In this document: in pieces, positions 13,609 to 24,655 of the stretch
Numbering within the stretch: position 1 is the stretch's first letter
Layout: each line of letters opens with the position of its first letter
Notes under the pieces: generated by a model
What the model was told of the DNA's origin: nothing
Databases searched by the model: none
The model's input: only the letters and a program-made list of their open reading frames with translations
Program-made: the position numbers and the translations under genes
Assembly: GCF_004010195.1 (NCBI RefSeq)
Contig: NC_057718.1
Coordinates: 70,790,580 to 70,854,579, forward strand
Length of the DNA stretch: 64,000 nucleotides
Direction of reading: 5' to 3'
From: Chiloscyllium plagiosum
Taxonomy: Eukaryota

Positions 13609-15804
13609 AAGGGTATGAGAATGTATGGGAACAAATGTATAGGAACTTCACAACCTGCAAGTTCCCCTCCAAACTAAATACCCTCCTGCCTTGGAACTGT
13701 ATTGCTGCTCCTTACCAGGAACATCCCCATCCCATGAAGAAATGAAACAAAAAAAATCTGCCAACTCCACTCAGTCTAGTCTTCATGTGATTCCAGTTGA
13801 ACTCTGAATGCTGTCATAGCAACTATGCAATTAGTCATGAAAATAACTGTTAATATTCACACAGCAAGAATAAATTTTAGACAGCACAACCACAATTGGT
13901 TCAAACCAGTCTCCAACTTCTGTGTTGGAAAGGATTCAATAATGGCAACACCCTATGTTGATAATGATCAAGCCTTATGCAAAACCGAGGGCAAAGGAGA
14001 GGGGCGTTCAGAAGGGGAGAGAAAGAACCCATTTTAAATTAATGGTTTTTAAAACTCTCAGACCATGTAATTACAGTATTTAAGGAGGATACATTTCCCT
14101 GTTTGTCAGAATATCAAAATATTTATCTGATGACTTTCCTCTCTTGGTAAAATAGGCTAAATGCAATGTTATAATCAAAATTTAGTACATTTGATGCATC
14201 CTATGCTTTTTTCCCCATACTCCAAGAGAACAAAAACTTTTCCTTTAAAAAGTGAAATTCTTATCAAAATTATCACCAAGCATCAAAAGTTTATGAGTTA
14301 CTCTTGAAACAATCCAGTCTCCTACAGACTATTCATCAATTTGGGAATCAAATAGAATTGCCATTTGTTTCCAAACTGAACATATTACTTTTCTCCCATC
14401 CTTTTGGATGCTACATAGGTAAAACCAGCTCTTATTTCACAATGGCCTAGAAACCTCTGTAAACAATATGTATGAAGCACTCAGCATTCTCAGGCTGAAA
14501 GTTATCATAGAAACATACAATGGTTAAAGAACAGCACTTAAGTTTACCTGTTGCATGATACCTAGTTCTGTTCCAAGATTCCGTTTCACAAGTAATCTTG
14601 TTACAACTACATTTTTCTTTTAAAATGGCACAAAACTCAAAAAACTCACAAGAAGAACAAAACAGCTATGTGGTTACCCATCACTTTGAACTGCTCAACT
14701 ATTTCTTGGCTTCCGTTTGCATTTAGGTACTCACTGAATTCTTATAACCACAGGCCACAGCACCAATATTTTGATGCTAGAAAACTACACTGAAAGCTGC
14801 AAGCAAGATAAAAATAAACCATCAACAGCTCTTAAATTCAATATGCAGAAGGCAATTCTTTGAGGGTCACCTCTATGGCGAGAATAGTTAATATTCTAAC
14901 ATGCATGTGAATTGACAACGCTCAAGTGTTCAGTTAAAGGCAACACTTCTTTAAAGAGTATGTCTATTAATTAACAAATGCAATTCTATAAAAACATGAC
15001 TGAAACTGCATGATCTCTGCACTGAAATTATATTATATATTTTCTACATTAAGTCTAATCAAAACAGTAAAACTTGCATTTGTGTGACTGGCAGCAGTAA
15101 CCTGGAGCTTAAGTTTAATTTTAATTTTAATTTACAATTTGAAATAAAATGGGGACATCCTACTGAAGCCTCAAAATTAGTCATCATAAAAACTGATGGC
15201 AGAAACCAAGAAGCAGCATTTTTCACATAGAAAAGCAACATGAAGCTAGGGTTTAGTAAACAGTCATTCAAGCCAAGATGCAAAGGAAATTATCAAAAAA
15301 TGCAATCAAAGAGGATGAGATTAAGTGCTGATCTCGGCTGCTTGCAGAAAGGCTTTTGTTTTCTGTGTGTTTGTGCGAGAGAGAGAGAGAGAGAGACTAT
15401 AATTTAACCATGGTAATCTGATTTTTATGCATAATTGTTTGTTGGTGGTTAAATGTTTGTGTTTGTTTCCCCAGAGCTCAAGATCCTAGGGTGTTTTGAT
15501 TTTATTTTGCCCTGTAAGAATTTAAGCTAGTTATTTTTAACAGGTTTTACAAAGAACTGCTAGTGATTAGTGCATTCTGCAGGTGCATTCTTTAGAATGG
15601 TTTAGGCAGAACGAATGAGAATAGATTGTTTTTGTTAATTAGTTGAAACTAAAGAAGTTTAGAGATTGTTAGATTGGTAAGGGACGATTGCAAGTTGTAG
15701 AGTTGGGGAATTTTTATTGTAGGTGCTATTAGACTTGTATGGCATTAGGGACTGAATTGTGAGACCAGATGTAATAGATTAGCTGGACTGAAATATATGT
15801 CAGG

Positions 15805-18200
15805 ATGTATAAAGGGACTGCAGTTGGAATTTTGGTTAAGGAATTTCCAGTAGTAAAACACGATTTCTAAAAGCTTTCTGAAAAATGGGAAAGAAGAACT
15901 AAGGATTTATTAACTAAGTGGCCGAAAGAGGGTGCTTTTGATATAAATAGGTGCGGTGAAGTGGAAGGGTTGTTTAAGGATTACAGACCTAAGGATAAAT
16001 CAAAAAAGAGAATATTGAAGAGGGAATAGGAGTTAAAAATTTTAAGGCTGTTTGGAATTGTAGAGGAGGATTGAGAAAACTTTTCACGGGGTTGCCAGAG
16101 AGCAGAACAAGCAGCTTTTGGAAACAAAGACTTTGGAAGAGAAAATCTCCACGTGCTCGGTACAGTACAAAAAGCCCTCCAGTATGGGGGTCCAGCAGGG
16201 GTCTACATCTATATATCTCAGGTTGGAAGACTTTTTTGGGGCAATTGGCCCCCCCACACCCACCCCATTTAGATGAAGAGAATGTAACACACTGTCCTGT
16301 AATAAGGGAGACAATAGAGATAGAGGGGGAATTAGATTTGGATGAAACTTACCCAGAACAGAATGTGTTAAAAATAAAACAAGAGGCAGGACAGGTGAGG
16401 TGGCAAACAGAATTAGAACCTTTACAACTAGAAAAAGAGAGATTGCAAGGTGAAATTCAGACATTATGCCTGTTAAGAGAACAGAGAGACTGTGAGGCAC
16501 ATCTAAGTTATTCCAGGAATGTTGTGCAGAGATAGGGAGAGAGTGATGGGGGTGGGGAGCAGAGGAGGCAGTAACACGGGCAAGGAGGTATGAGGAAATA
16601 CAAGTTGATGAAGGAGTGACGCTCTGAAAGCTAGTGTGCTTCCAATTAAACTTGTTGGACTATAATGTGTGATTTTCAAGTTAGGTTAGAATTGGTATCT
16701 GATGAGGAATTACAATGTAGCAATTTTATTAAGGGAAAGAAGCTCCCACAGGGGGTGATGCTGCCATTGTTTATAAAAGGAGGGAGACAGCCACAATACG
16801 TTCCTTGGGGAACCCAGGATCTGGAAAGGCTGAGAAATGTGTTGCCCAGTTTACATGATGGGAAAGTGGATTAGAGCCTTTGAAGATGAAACCACAGACA
16901 GTTGTTGGCTGTGGGAGACTTGAAGGCACTGCTAATACAGATGGTGGGACTCCCAAAATTAAGAGACTGAGCTCAACTGAAGAGTGTTGCGGACAATCTG
17001 ATGCTTGATGGTACTGGGTTTGATCGAGTAAGACAAAGGGTATGGCAGGCCCTTAGATTGTAACCTGCCTAAGGTTGATCCCAAAGCCTTGAGAGGGGAT
17101 TCTCTGGGAGATACTGAAAACCCAGCAGCCTATTTGGAAAACCAGTTTAAAAGGTGGAGGCTTGAAACAAAGCAAGTTGTGGAATGTAGTCAACTGTTAA
17201 CTGCAATTTTCTGGACTGCTACTGTCGAGGCAATGCCCCTCAAGTCAAATCTAAGCCAGAGGAGGTAGTGGGTCTAACGTCCGTGGCCCGCCAGGAATTC
17301 AGAGGTCACGTAGTCCATTCAGTCGTAAAATACCAGAAAACAAAAAGAAGCTGGCTGAACAGCAGGAGGAGGTGGCAAAGACAGTTGACATAAATGCAGC
17401 TAGGGGAACTTAAAAAGTCAGAGAGAGTGAAATCCGAGCTGCTGTTACCAGAAACTACAGGGTTGATTGGCACTAATGAAATGAAATGCAAGGCATGTTG
17501 GTCCAGGAAGAACCCTCTCCCGTCACCTGGCAAGGGCCAGACAACCCCATGCTGAGGGCGGCACGGTGGCTCAATGGTTAACACTGTTGCCTCACAGCGT
17601 CAGGGGCCAGGGTTCAATTCCAACCTTGGGCAACTGTGTGGAGTTTGCATATTCTCCCTGGGTGCTCCGGTTTCCTCCCACAGTCCAAAGATGTGCAGGT
17701 TAGGTGAATTGGTCACACTAAATTGCCCATAGTGTTCAGGGATGTGTAGGCTAGGGGTAAATATAGAGAAAGGGAATAGGTCTGGGTGGGTTACTCTTCG
17801 GAGGGTTGGAGTGGACCTGTTGGGCCGAAGGGCCTGTTTCCACACTGTAGGGAATCTAATCTAATCCAATCTAATCTCAGAGCTGTTTATGGAGGAACTT
17901 TACCGCAGATACCATGCCAAGGGCAATATATAATTAACTAACAGCCTAGACAAAACTGGGGTCTCCAAGGACAGGGACAAAGAGATGGGGGCTACAGGGT
18001 AGGGTGAGAAGTCAGATTCAGAGAGATCAGGAGAAGTGTTTGGGGGTGTAATCGACGAGGCCATTTGAAGAGAGATTGCCTATATTGGCCCCGGCCCTTC
18101 TGGCCCCAGGGAAAACCTATGAGTCAGGCATGTCTGGCTGTCCCGCCACAACTCCCTACTGGCCCGATGGGGCCTGCAAATCATATAGGGTGTGTCAGGG
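15805..18200 (+). pseudogene. gag: ERV gag (stops and frameshifts; interrupted by a PLE end and a SINE)
   Basis: Matrix-like KWPKEGAFD at ~15915-15941, capsid-like PQYVPWGTQDL...LPSLHDG at ~16790-16862, degenerate zinc knuckle GCNRRGHLKRDC at ~18044-18079. Confidence 0.85.
17555..17877 (+). mobile_element. HE1 V-SINE inside ERV gag
   Basis: Same head, V-domain and tail. Confidence 0.95.
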
Positions 18201-18580
18201 TTGCCCAGAGAACCGAAGTGGGAAGGGGCTATACCCTACGATGACATGGGAGGTTGAACAGAAACCTATTTTACAGGTTAGCGTAGAAGGTCGGTCGACG
18301 CCTATGAAGATAGATACTGGAGTTACATATGCTTGCGCCCAACCACAGTATGCCTCCCACCTTCCCATGCCCGGTAAATTTATTAAGACTGTAGAGTTCT
18401 CGCGTAGACCGTGGTTGACAAGGTTTACAGCTCCAGTAAGTTTACAAATAGATAGTAAAGTAGTCGTTTTGCCTTTATTAGTCTCTAAAGGGATACCAAT
18501 TAATTTGCTAGGTAGGGACGTTTTATTGAAGTTAGAATTAGAATTGGAATGTACTCAAAAGGGATTTAGTGTAGACAGAG
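18200..18580 (+). pseudogene. pro: ERV aspartic protease
   Basis: ORF 18076-18711 contains MKIDTGVTY (DTG at 18313) and PINLLGRDVL. Confidence 0.92.
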
Positions 18581-18800
18581 TGAATTCTCAGTTGGTGTTG
18601 CAGGGTGCCAGGGAGGCCAATGTATATTGGATAGGCAACATAGATGGTTATATTTGGGAAAAATGGAGGAAAGGTGCTTTAGTTTTACTGCCTTTGGCTG
18701 AGCCACCCTAATCTGAACTGCATTGTACAGTGATTTTTGATTAGACTCTGCGTGAAGTCTTAGGGAAGCGGTGGCACTGTGAGTTTGTCACCCCACAGCA
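18580..18800 (+). pseudogene. Probable N-terminal half of a 2H phosphoesterase (CNPase-like) domain in pol
   Basis: In frame after protease: ANVYWIGNID...PP*SELHCTVIFD. LHCT (18718-18729) matches the first HxT motif of CNPase-type 2H enzymes. The second motif is absent because of the deletion. Confidence 0.55.
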
Positions 18801-18814
18801 TTTATAGAGTATAG

Positions 18815-19050
18815 CTATAGCATTAAGGAAGCGAAGGGGCTTCTGGAAGGGCAATGGGGCTCCCATACAACAATATCAGCAGATTGTTGAGTTGACGACC
18901 GCATTGATGAATGCCTGCAACATTAGCTATTATACAGTGTCAGTGTCAACATTAGCTATTATACAGTGTCAAGATAGGTGGTGATTTGGTGGTCAAGGGT
19001 AATCAGGCAGCAGATGAAGTGGCTGGGTTGGCTTCTGGGTGTGCTTCAGC
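18815..19050 (+). pseudogene. ERV RNase H, C-terminal part only
   Basis: RKRRGFWKGNGAPIQQYQQIVELTTALM..ATLAIIQCQ...VVKGNQAADEVA. Confidence 0.85.
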
Positions 19051-20200
19051 TGTCATTGCACCCCAGGTGTGTTTAGATCTGGATTCAACCATTGCAATGC
19101 AAGGTGAGGCGATCTTAGCTGAGCAGGTGTTGTGGGAACAAAGGGGGGCCATGTGTAATCAGGAAGGCCTTTGGAGCACAGAGGAAGGCTTGTGGGTGGC
19201 ACCTACCCCTTTGTTGACCATTCTTATCTCAGAGGCACATGGGCTGGATCACTGTGCTTGAGGCGAAGTACTGAGGAAGATAATGAGGGATGGATTTTGG
19301 TCACCTTACTTGCAGGATTTGGTGGTTTACATATTATCGCAATGTGATGTTTGTGCTCAACTAATGTCAGAAAGAGGATAGCGACCCCTATAGGGCATAT
19401 ACCTGCACCTGAGGAGCCATTTAGGCATTTGGTGGTCAACTATGTGGACATGATAAGGACGGTGAGAATGCAGTGATATATGTTGGTGGTCATTGACAGG
19501 TTTAGTAGATGGGTAGAAGCAAACCCATCAAGAGATTCAGGGGCAAGCGTTGTTATGAAGTTTTTAACAATTGAAGTTATTCCAAGGTTTGGCATACCAT
19601 CTGAGATCAATTCGGATAATGGGTCGGCCTTTATCCAGAAGGTGGTTAAGTTGGTGCAGCAGACTTTGTGGATTAAACAGTGGTTTGGCTGTGCATATCA
19701 TCGCAGGGTATGGTGGAATGGATTAGTCCTTTGGAAGCTGAGTTGAACATAATTTGTGCAAGTACCTATTGTACCTGGGTCAATGTGCTGCCGCTGGCAT
19801 TAATGGGCTACCATGACTAACCACATGACTAACTTGGCACCGCATGAAATGCTTACCGGTAGACCCCTGCCAGTGCCTGAATGAAGGGGTCCATTTGACA
19901 TGCCTAGCTTAGAACGATTGGAACTTGAACTTAGGCAGTACATGCAACAGCTAACTATGATTCATGAGTCTATCCACACACAGGAAATACTGAGGGAGCC
20001 AGTGTCTGGTGACTGGAAGGCCTACTGGACCTGGGGATCAAGTGTATGTATGGCTTTTCCAGAGAAAGTGGAACAAGCCGAGGAGAGAGGGTCCCTTTAC
20101 GGTAACCAGGGCATCACCTACTGCTGTTACAATGGTGGGTCAATCTGCGTGATATCATCTTAATCACTGTACAAGGGTGCCCCCACAGGCACAGATTAAC
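19050..20200 (+). pseudogene. ERV integrase
   Basis: HHCC (EAHGLDHC...QCDVC), LVVIDRFSRWVEA, IPRFGIPSEINSDNGSAF, and GMVE after a frameshift. Confidence 0.95.
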
Positions 20201-20559
20201 TCCAGGATTGAGGTATGTGAAGCCTGAGAAGGGTAGCAATGGTTGAAAGGGCGTGTTGGGGCCCATTACTCCTTTATGTGGCCTTGAGTAGTCAGTGAGT
20301 GAGGCTTGTGGGGATGCTGGTGCTTCCGAGGCTGTCAGTGATGCATTCGTGGAAGGAGACCTTTCTCCTGCCTGTGTTGCTAAGGACGGGTTGGGGGAGA
20401 TCACTGAGGCCTCTTCCCCAGTCTGCTTTCTGCTTTCCCCAGTCCCCTTTCTGCTCCTATGCTGACTTGGGGTCCATCGATTTGGCGGACCTGGCGGATC
20501 TTGCTTGGTACTGCCAATGCCTTATTTCAACCAACTTTGCATGGTCCTAAATGGGGGTA

Positions 20560-21249
20560 TGTCCCTAATCCAACATTACACGTTGTTGGTATAGGTTGGC
20601 CAAGGCGTTTCCCCAATGTGTTCAAGGCCCAATGCGATTGCCGCAGGCTGGGAGTTACTTATCCTTGCCATTGGTGTTGGCAAGACTGCTGAGTAGATTA
20701 GTTATATTTATTACAATCAGCAGGGATTTATTAATTACTCTGATGATGCCCTCTCCGTGTTGGGTGAGCAATTGAATGCAACTGGTCGGACGGCGTGGCA
20801 GACTCAGCAGGCTGGTTGTTGGCTGAGAAAGGTGGGGTTTGTGTGTTGTTTGGGAAGTATCGCTGTACCTTTATTCCCAATAACACTAGCCAAGAGGAAT
20901 CTTTTACTCAGGGAATAGGTAAGCTACGTACTTTACAAAGGAGCTCGAGAAGAATATAGGATATGGCCATCAGGTTTTTGCCTGGTTGGATGGTGTTTTG
21001 GGTAAACTGGGAGCTTGGTTCACTAAGATTGTGATTGTTGCGGGTTTTGCATTGCTTGTTGTTGCCTTTGTCTTTTGCTGTGCTCTTCCTCTTGTTCAGT
21101 CTTTTTTAGTGTGGCTTGCTGTACAACAATTCCCTGTTGTTTCAGTGGACTCTGGCCCGGCGACATCTTCCACTACGGTTTGGCCGCTCTGCTTCAATGA
21201 TCTGACATCTGCTGTGGTGCTGAAGCCGTGTTCGAATGGAGATGCCTGA
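20560..21249 (+). pseudogene. env: ERV env transmembrane subunit (SU missing)
   Basis: VGIGWPRRFPNVFKA..AIAAGWE..YIYYNQQGFINYSDDAL..EQLNAT..WLLAEKGGVCVLFGKYRCTFIPNNT (immunosuppressive domain plus degenerate CX6CC), followed by a hydrophobic anchor and a CC motif. Confidence 0.9.
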
Positions 21250-21491
21250 CTTGCATGTGTTACATGCGTGTTTGGATTGTGCAGGGTCTTTGGGTCTTTT
21301 TTCCTGTTCCTGTTATTGTGGGATGGGTTTTTGGCCTGTGACTCCAGGTGTGAAGGGAGAACCCTTTGAGGATTGGACCCTAGAAATTGTTAAGGCCCCT
21401 TTTGGGGCTCTGTCGATCGATTTGGCCTTTGTGCGTCCTGCCTTCTTGTATTCTTTCTCTGTATAACACCTGTTGGTCTCAAAGGGGAGCA

Positions 21492-21931
21492 TATATGGAA
21501 GTTATTATGGCAGTAATGTTGTTAACTTAGTGTTGTAATGTATGCACAGGATCATGTTACAGGGCTCCAGTAAAAGATAATGGTGATGCATTGTGATAGG
21601 TTAGTTAAATCACTGGGAGATGAGGTAATGCTGAAGATGATGTTTTAATGTGATAGGTTAAGTGTGATGGAGGGAACCAGTGCGGCAGACAATGATTAGT
21701 TTAGGAAGACATAACAAGCCAGCATGATTGGCTACGCTAATATTATCCGATAAGCACGGGACCAACAAATTGTATAAACTGGAGAAGAACAAAGAAATTG
21801 TGGGCAGCCAGGGAAGACATTTTTCTGGCTGCCACAGCTTTGATTTTGCAAGATTAAAGTTTAATTTCATGACGGATTTTCTGTGTCTCCTGGTGATATT
21901 TTATAGAACATTGAGTAATTCTTCCACAACA
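21492..21931 (+). repeat. ERV 3' LTR
   Basis: Preceded by polypurine tract AAAGGGGAG (21481). Imperfect terminal inverted repeat TATATGGAAG...CTTCCACAACA, TATA-like GTATAAA at ~21772, ATTAAA at 21853. Confidence 0.8.
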
Positions 21932-21959
21932 ACCTATGCCTCTCAATTTTATACAGTTC

Positions 21960-22684
21960 AATCACAGCATCCCTACAGTGTGGAAGCACGCCATTCAGCC
22001 CATTGGGTCCACAATTCTCACAAAGCATCCATCCCACCTAGATCCACCGCTATCCTATCCCTGTAACCCTGCATACTCCATGCCAAATCCACCTAATGTA
22101 TAATGTGGAGGTGCCGGTGTTGGACTGGGGTGGACAAAGTCAGAAGTGACATGCAGCGCTCCCAAATCTTATGATTTCAAATAAACCTGTTGGACTATAA
22201 CCAGGTGTCATGTGACTTATGGCTTTGTCCACCTAACCTGAAACCCTTTATTAGCATTTATCATGGCTAATCTACCTGGCCAGCACATCCCTGAACATAT
22301 TTAGCATGGCCAATCCACCTAACCTGCACATCTTTGAGAAGTTGGAGGAAACTCTCTCAGACACAGAGAGCATTGTGCTCAGTCATGTTTAGATTCCCTA
22401 CAGTGTGGAAACAGGCCCTTCGGCCCAAGAAGTCCACACCGACCCTCCGAAGAGTAACCCATCCAGACCCATTTCCCTCTGACTAACGCACCTAACACTT
22501 TGGACAATTTAGCACCTGACCTGCAAATCTTTGGAATGTGGGAGGAAACCGGAGCACCTAGAGAAACCCACGCAGACACGGGGAGAATGTGCAAAATCCA
22601 CACAGTTGCCCAAGGCTGGAATCAAACCTGGGACCCTGGCGCTGTGAGGCAGCAGTGCTAACCACTAAGCCACCGTGCTACCCA
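21960..22684 (-). mobile_element. Two HE1 V-SINEs, the older one carrying a family-2 PLE end at ~22100-22230
   Basis: Reverse-complement HE1 motifs; the more intact copy is 22385-22684. Confidence 0.88.
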
Positions 22685-22764
22685 TAAGTCAATCTCTCCT
22701 ATAATATGAATTATAGAACCACACACATATCCTAGCTGTGGTCTAGCCAACATTTTTTACAGTT

Positions 22765-24655
22765 AGAACAAAGAACAAAGAAAATTTACAGCCCAGGAAC
22801 AGGCCCTTCAGCCCTCCAAGCCTGAGCCGAACCAAATCCACTGATTAAACCTGTTGCTCAATTCCTAAGCATCTGTATCCCTCTGCTCCCCACCTACTCA
22901 TGCATCTGTCCAGATGCATCTTAAATGAATCTACCATGCCTGTCTCTACTACCTCCGCTGGCAATGCGTTCCAGGCATCTACCACCCTCTGTGTAAAGTA
23001 CTTGCCGCGTGTATCCCCCTTAAACGTTTCACCTCTCACCTTGAAAGTGTGACCTCTTGTTATTGAATCCTTTACCCTGGGGAGGACTTTATCTCTATCT
23101 ACCCTGTCTATATCCTTCATGATTTTGTAGACCTCAATCTCCTTTTTTTCTAATGAAAAATCTAACCTACTCACTTTCTCTTCATAGCTAGCACCTTTAT
23201 TACCAGGCAACATCCTCATACATCTTCTCTGCACCTCTCCAAAGCGTCCGCATCCTTCTGGTAATGTGGCGACTTGAACTGTACACAGTATTCCAAATGC
23301 GACGTGTACAATTTTAACATGACCTGCCAACTCTTATACTCAATACCCCATCCAATGAAGGCAAGCATACCATACGCCTTCCTGACCACTCTATCCACTT
23401 ATGCAGCAACCCTCAGGGTACAATGGACCTGAACTCCCAGATCTCTCAGTTCATCAATTTTTCCCAAGGCTCTTCCTTTTACTGTATAATTCGCTCTAGA
23501 ATTAGACTTCCCAAAATGCATCACCTCGCATTTTCCTGGATTGAACTCCATCTGCCACTTCTCTGCCCAAATCTCCAGTCTATTTACATTCTCCTGTATT
23601 CTTTGACAGTCCTCTATGCTTTCTGCTACTCCACCAATCTTCGTGTCATCTGCAAACTTGCTGATCATACCAACAGTGCCCTCTTCCAGATCATTTATGT
23701 ATATCACAAACAACAGTGGCCCCAGCACTGATCCCTGTGTAACACCATTGATCACCTTTCTCCCTTCAACTACTACTCTCTGTCTCCTGTTGCTCAACCA
23801 GTTCTTTATCCACCTAGCTAGAACGCCCTGCCCACCATGTGACTTCACTTTCTCTATCAGTTTACCATGGGGAACCTTATCAAACACCTTACTAAAGTCC
23901 ATTTTATGACATCTACAGCCCTTCCTTCACCTATCAACTTGGTCACTTCCTCAAAGAACTCTATTAAGTTGGTAAGGCACGATCTCCCCTGCACAAAACC
24001 ATGTTGCCTAACACTGATAAGCCCATTCTTTTCCAAATATAAATAGATTTTATTCCTCAATACCTTCTCCAGCAACTTTCCCACCACTGATGTCAGGCTC
24101 ACTGGTCTGTAGTTACCGGAATATCCCTATTACCCTTCTTGTACAGGGGGACAACAAGAGCAACATTCCAGTCCTCTGGCACCTCACCTGTGTTTAAAGA
24201 TGTTACAAAGATATCTGTCAGGGCCCCAGTTATTTCCTCTCTCGCCTCCCTCAGCAGCCTGGGATAGATCCCATCTGGTCCTGGGGATAATAACCTCTAG
24301 CCTACCCAATATATCTTCCCTACTTATGTCAACGTGATCCAGAGTAATCAAACTCCTATCTCTAATCTCAACATTCATCATGTCCCTCTCCTCAGTGAAC
24401 ACTGATGCAAAGTAGTCATTCAGAATCTCAACCATTCTCTCAGGTTCAACACACAGCCTTCCTTTAGTGGACCAATCCTTTCCCTAGTTACCCACTTGCT
24501 TCTTATATAAAAATAAAAGGTATTCAGTATGTCAATAGTGATGACGAGGGAAGGGGCCATATTGGACCTAGTGTTGGGGAATGAGTCAGGCCAGGTGGTA
24601 GAACTTGTGGTGGGAGATTTCTTTGGGAACAATTACCACAATTCTGTAAGTTTTT
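22765..24655 (-). mobile_element. CR1/HER1 LINE, 5'-truncated, with inverted 5' segment (24525-24655)
   Basis: RT ORFs 23399-23902 (QGSVLGP, KFADDTK) and 22845-23330; tail (agaacaa)n at ~22765-22785. Confidence 0.95.

Larger units (their letters stand above)
9480..13760 (+). mobile_element. Old LINE (second family), ORF2 and tail, hosting two SINEs, a CR1 end and a PLE
   Basis: Endonuclease-like EVSWHQ..LLIT..FNIHYQEWL, ILTNLL..RSDH, RT-like LDIMTAFDRV and SQGSVPGP..FINDLP; tail ending acatccccatcccatgaagaaatgaaacaaaaaaa. Confidence 0.8.
15310..21931 (+). mobile_element. Degraded, internally deleted class-I (epsilon-like) endogenous retrovirus
   Basis: Collinear gag, protease, RNase H C-terminus, integrase, env TM, PPT and LTR. 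No 5' LTR copy is seen, so the left edge is estimated from a compositional shift. Confidence 0.92.

Noticed and set aside
20986..21249. Possible domesticated (syncytin-like) env
   Set aside because: SU is absent, and TM has stops, frameshifts and a broken CX6CC.
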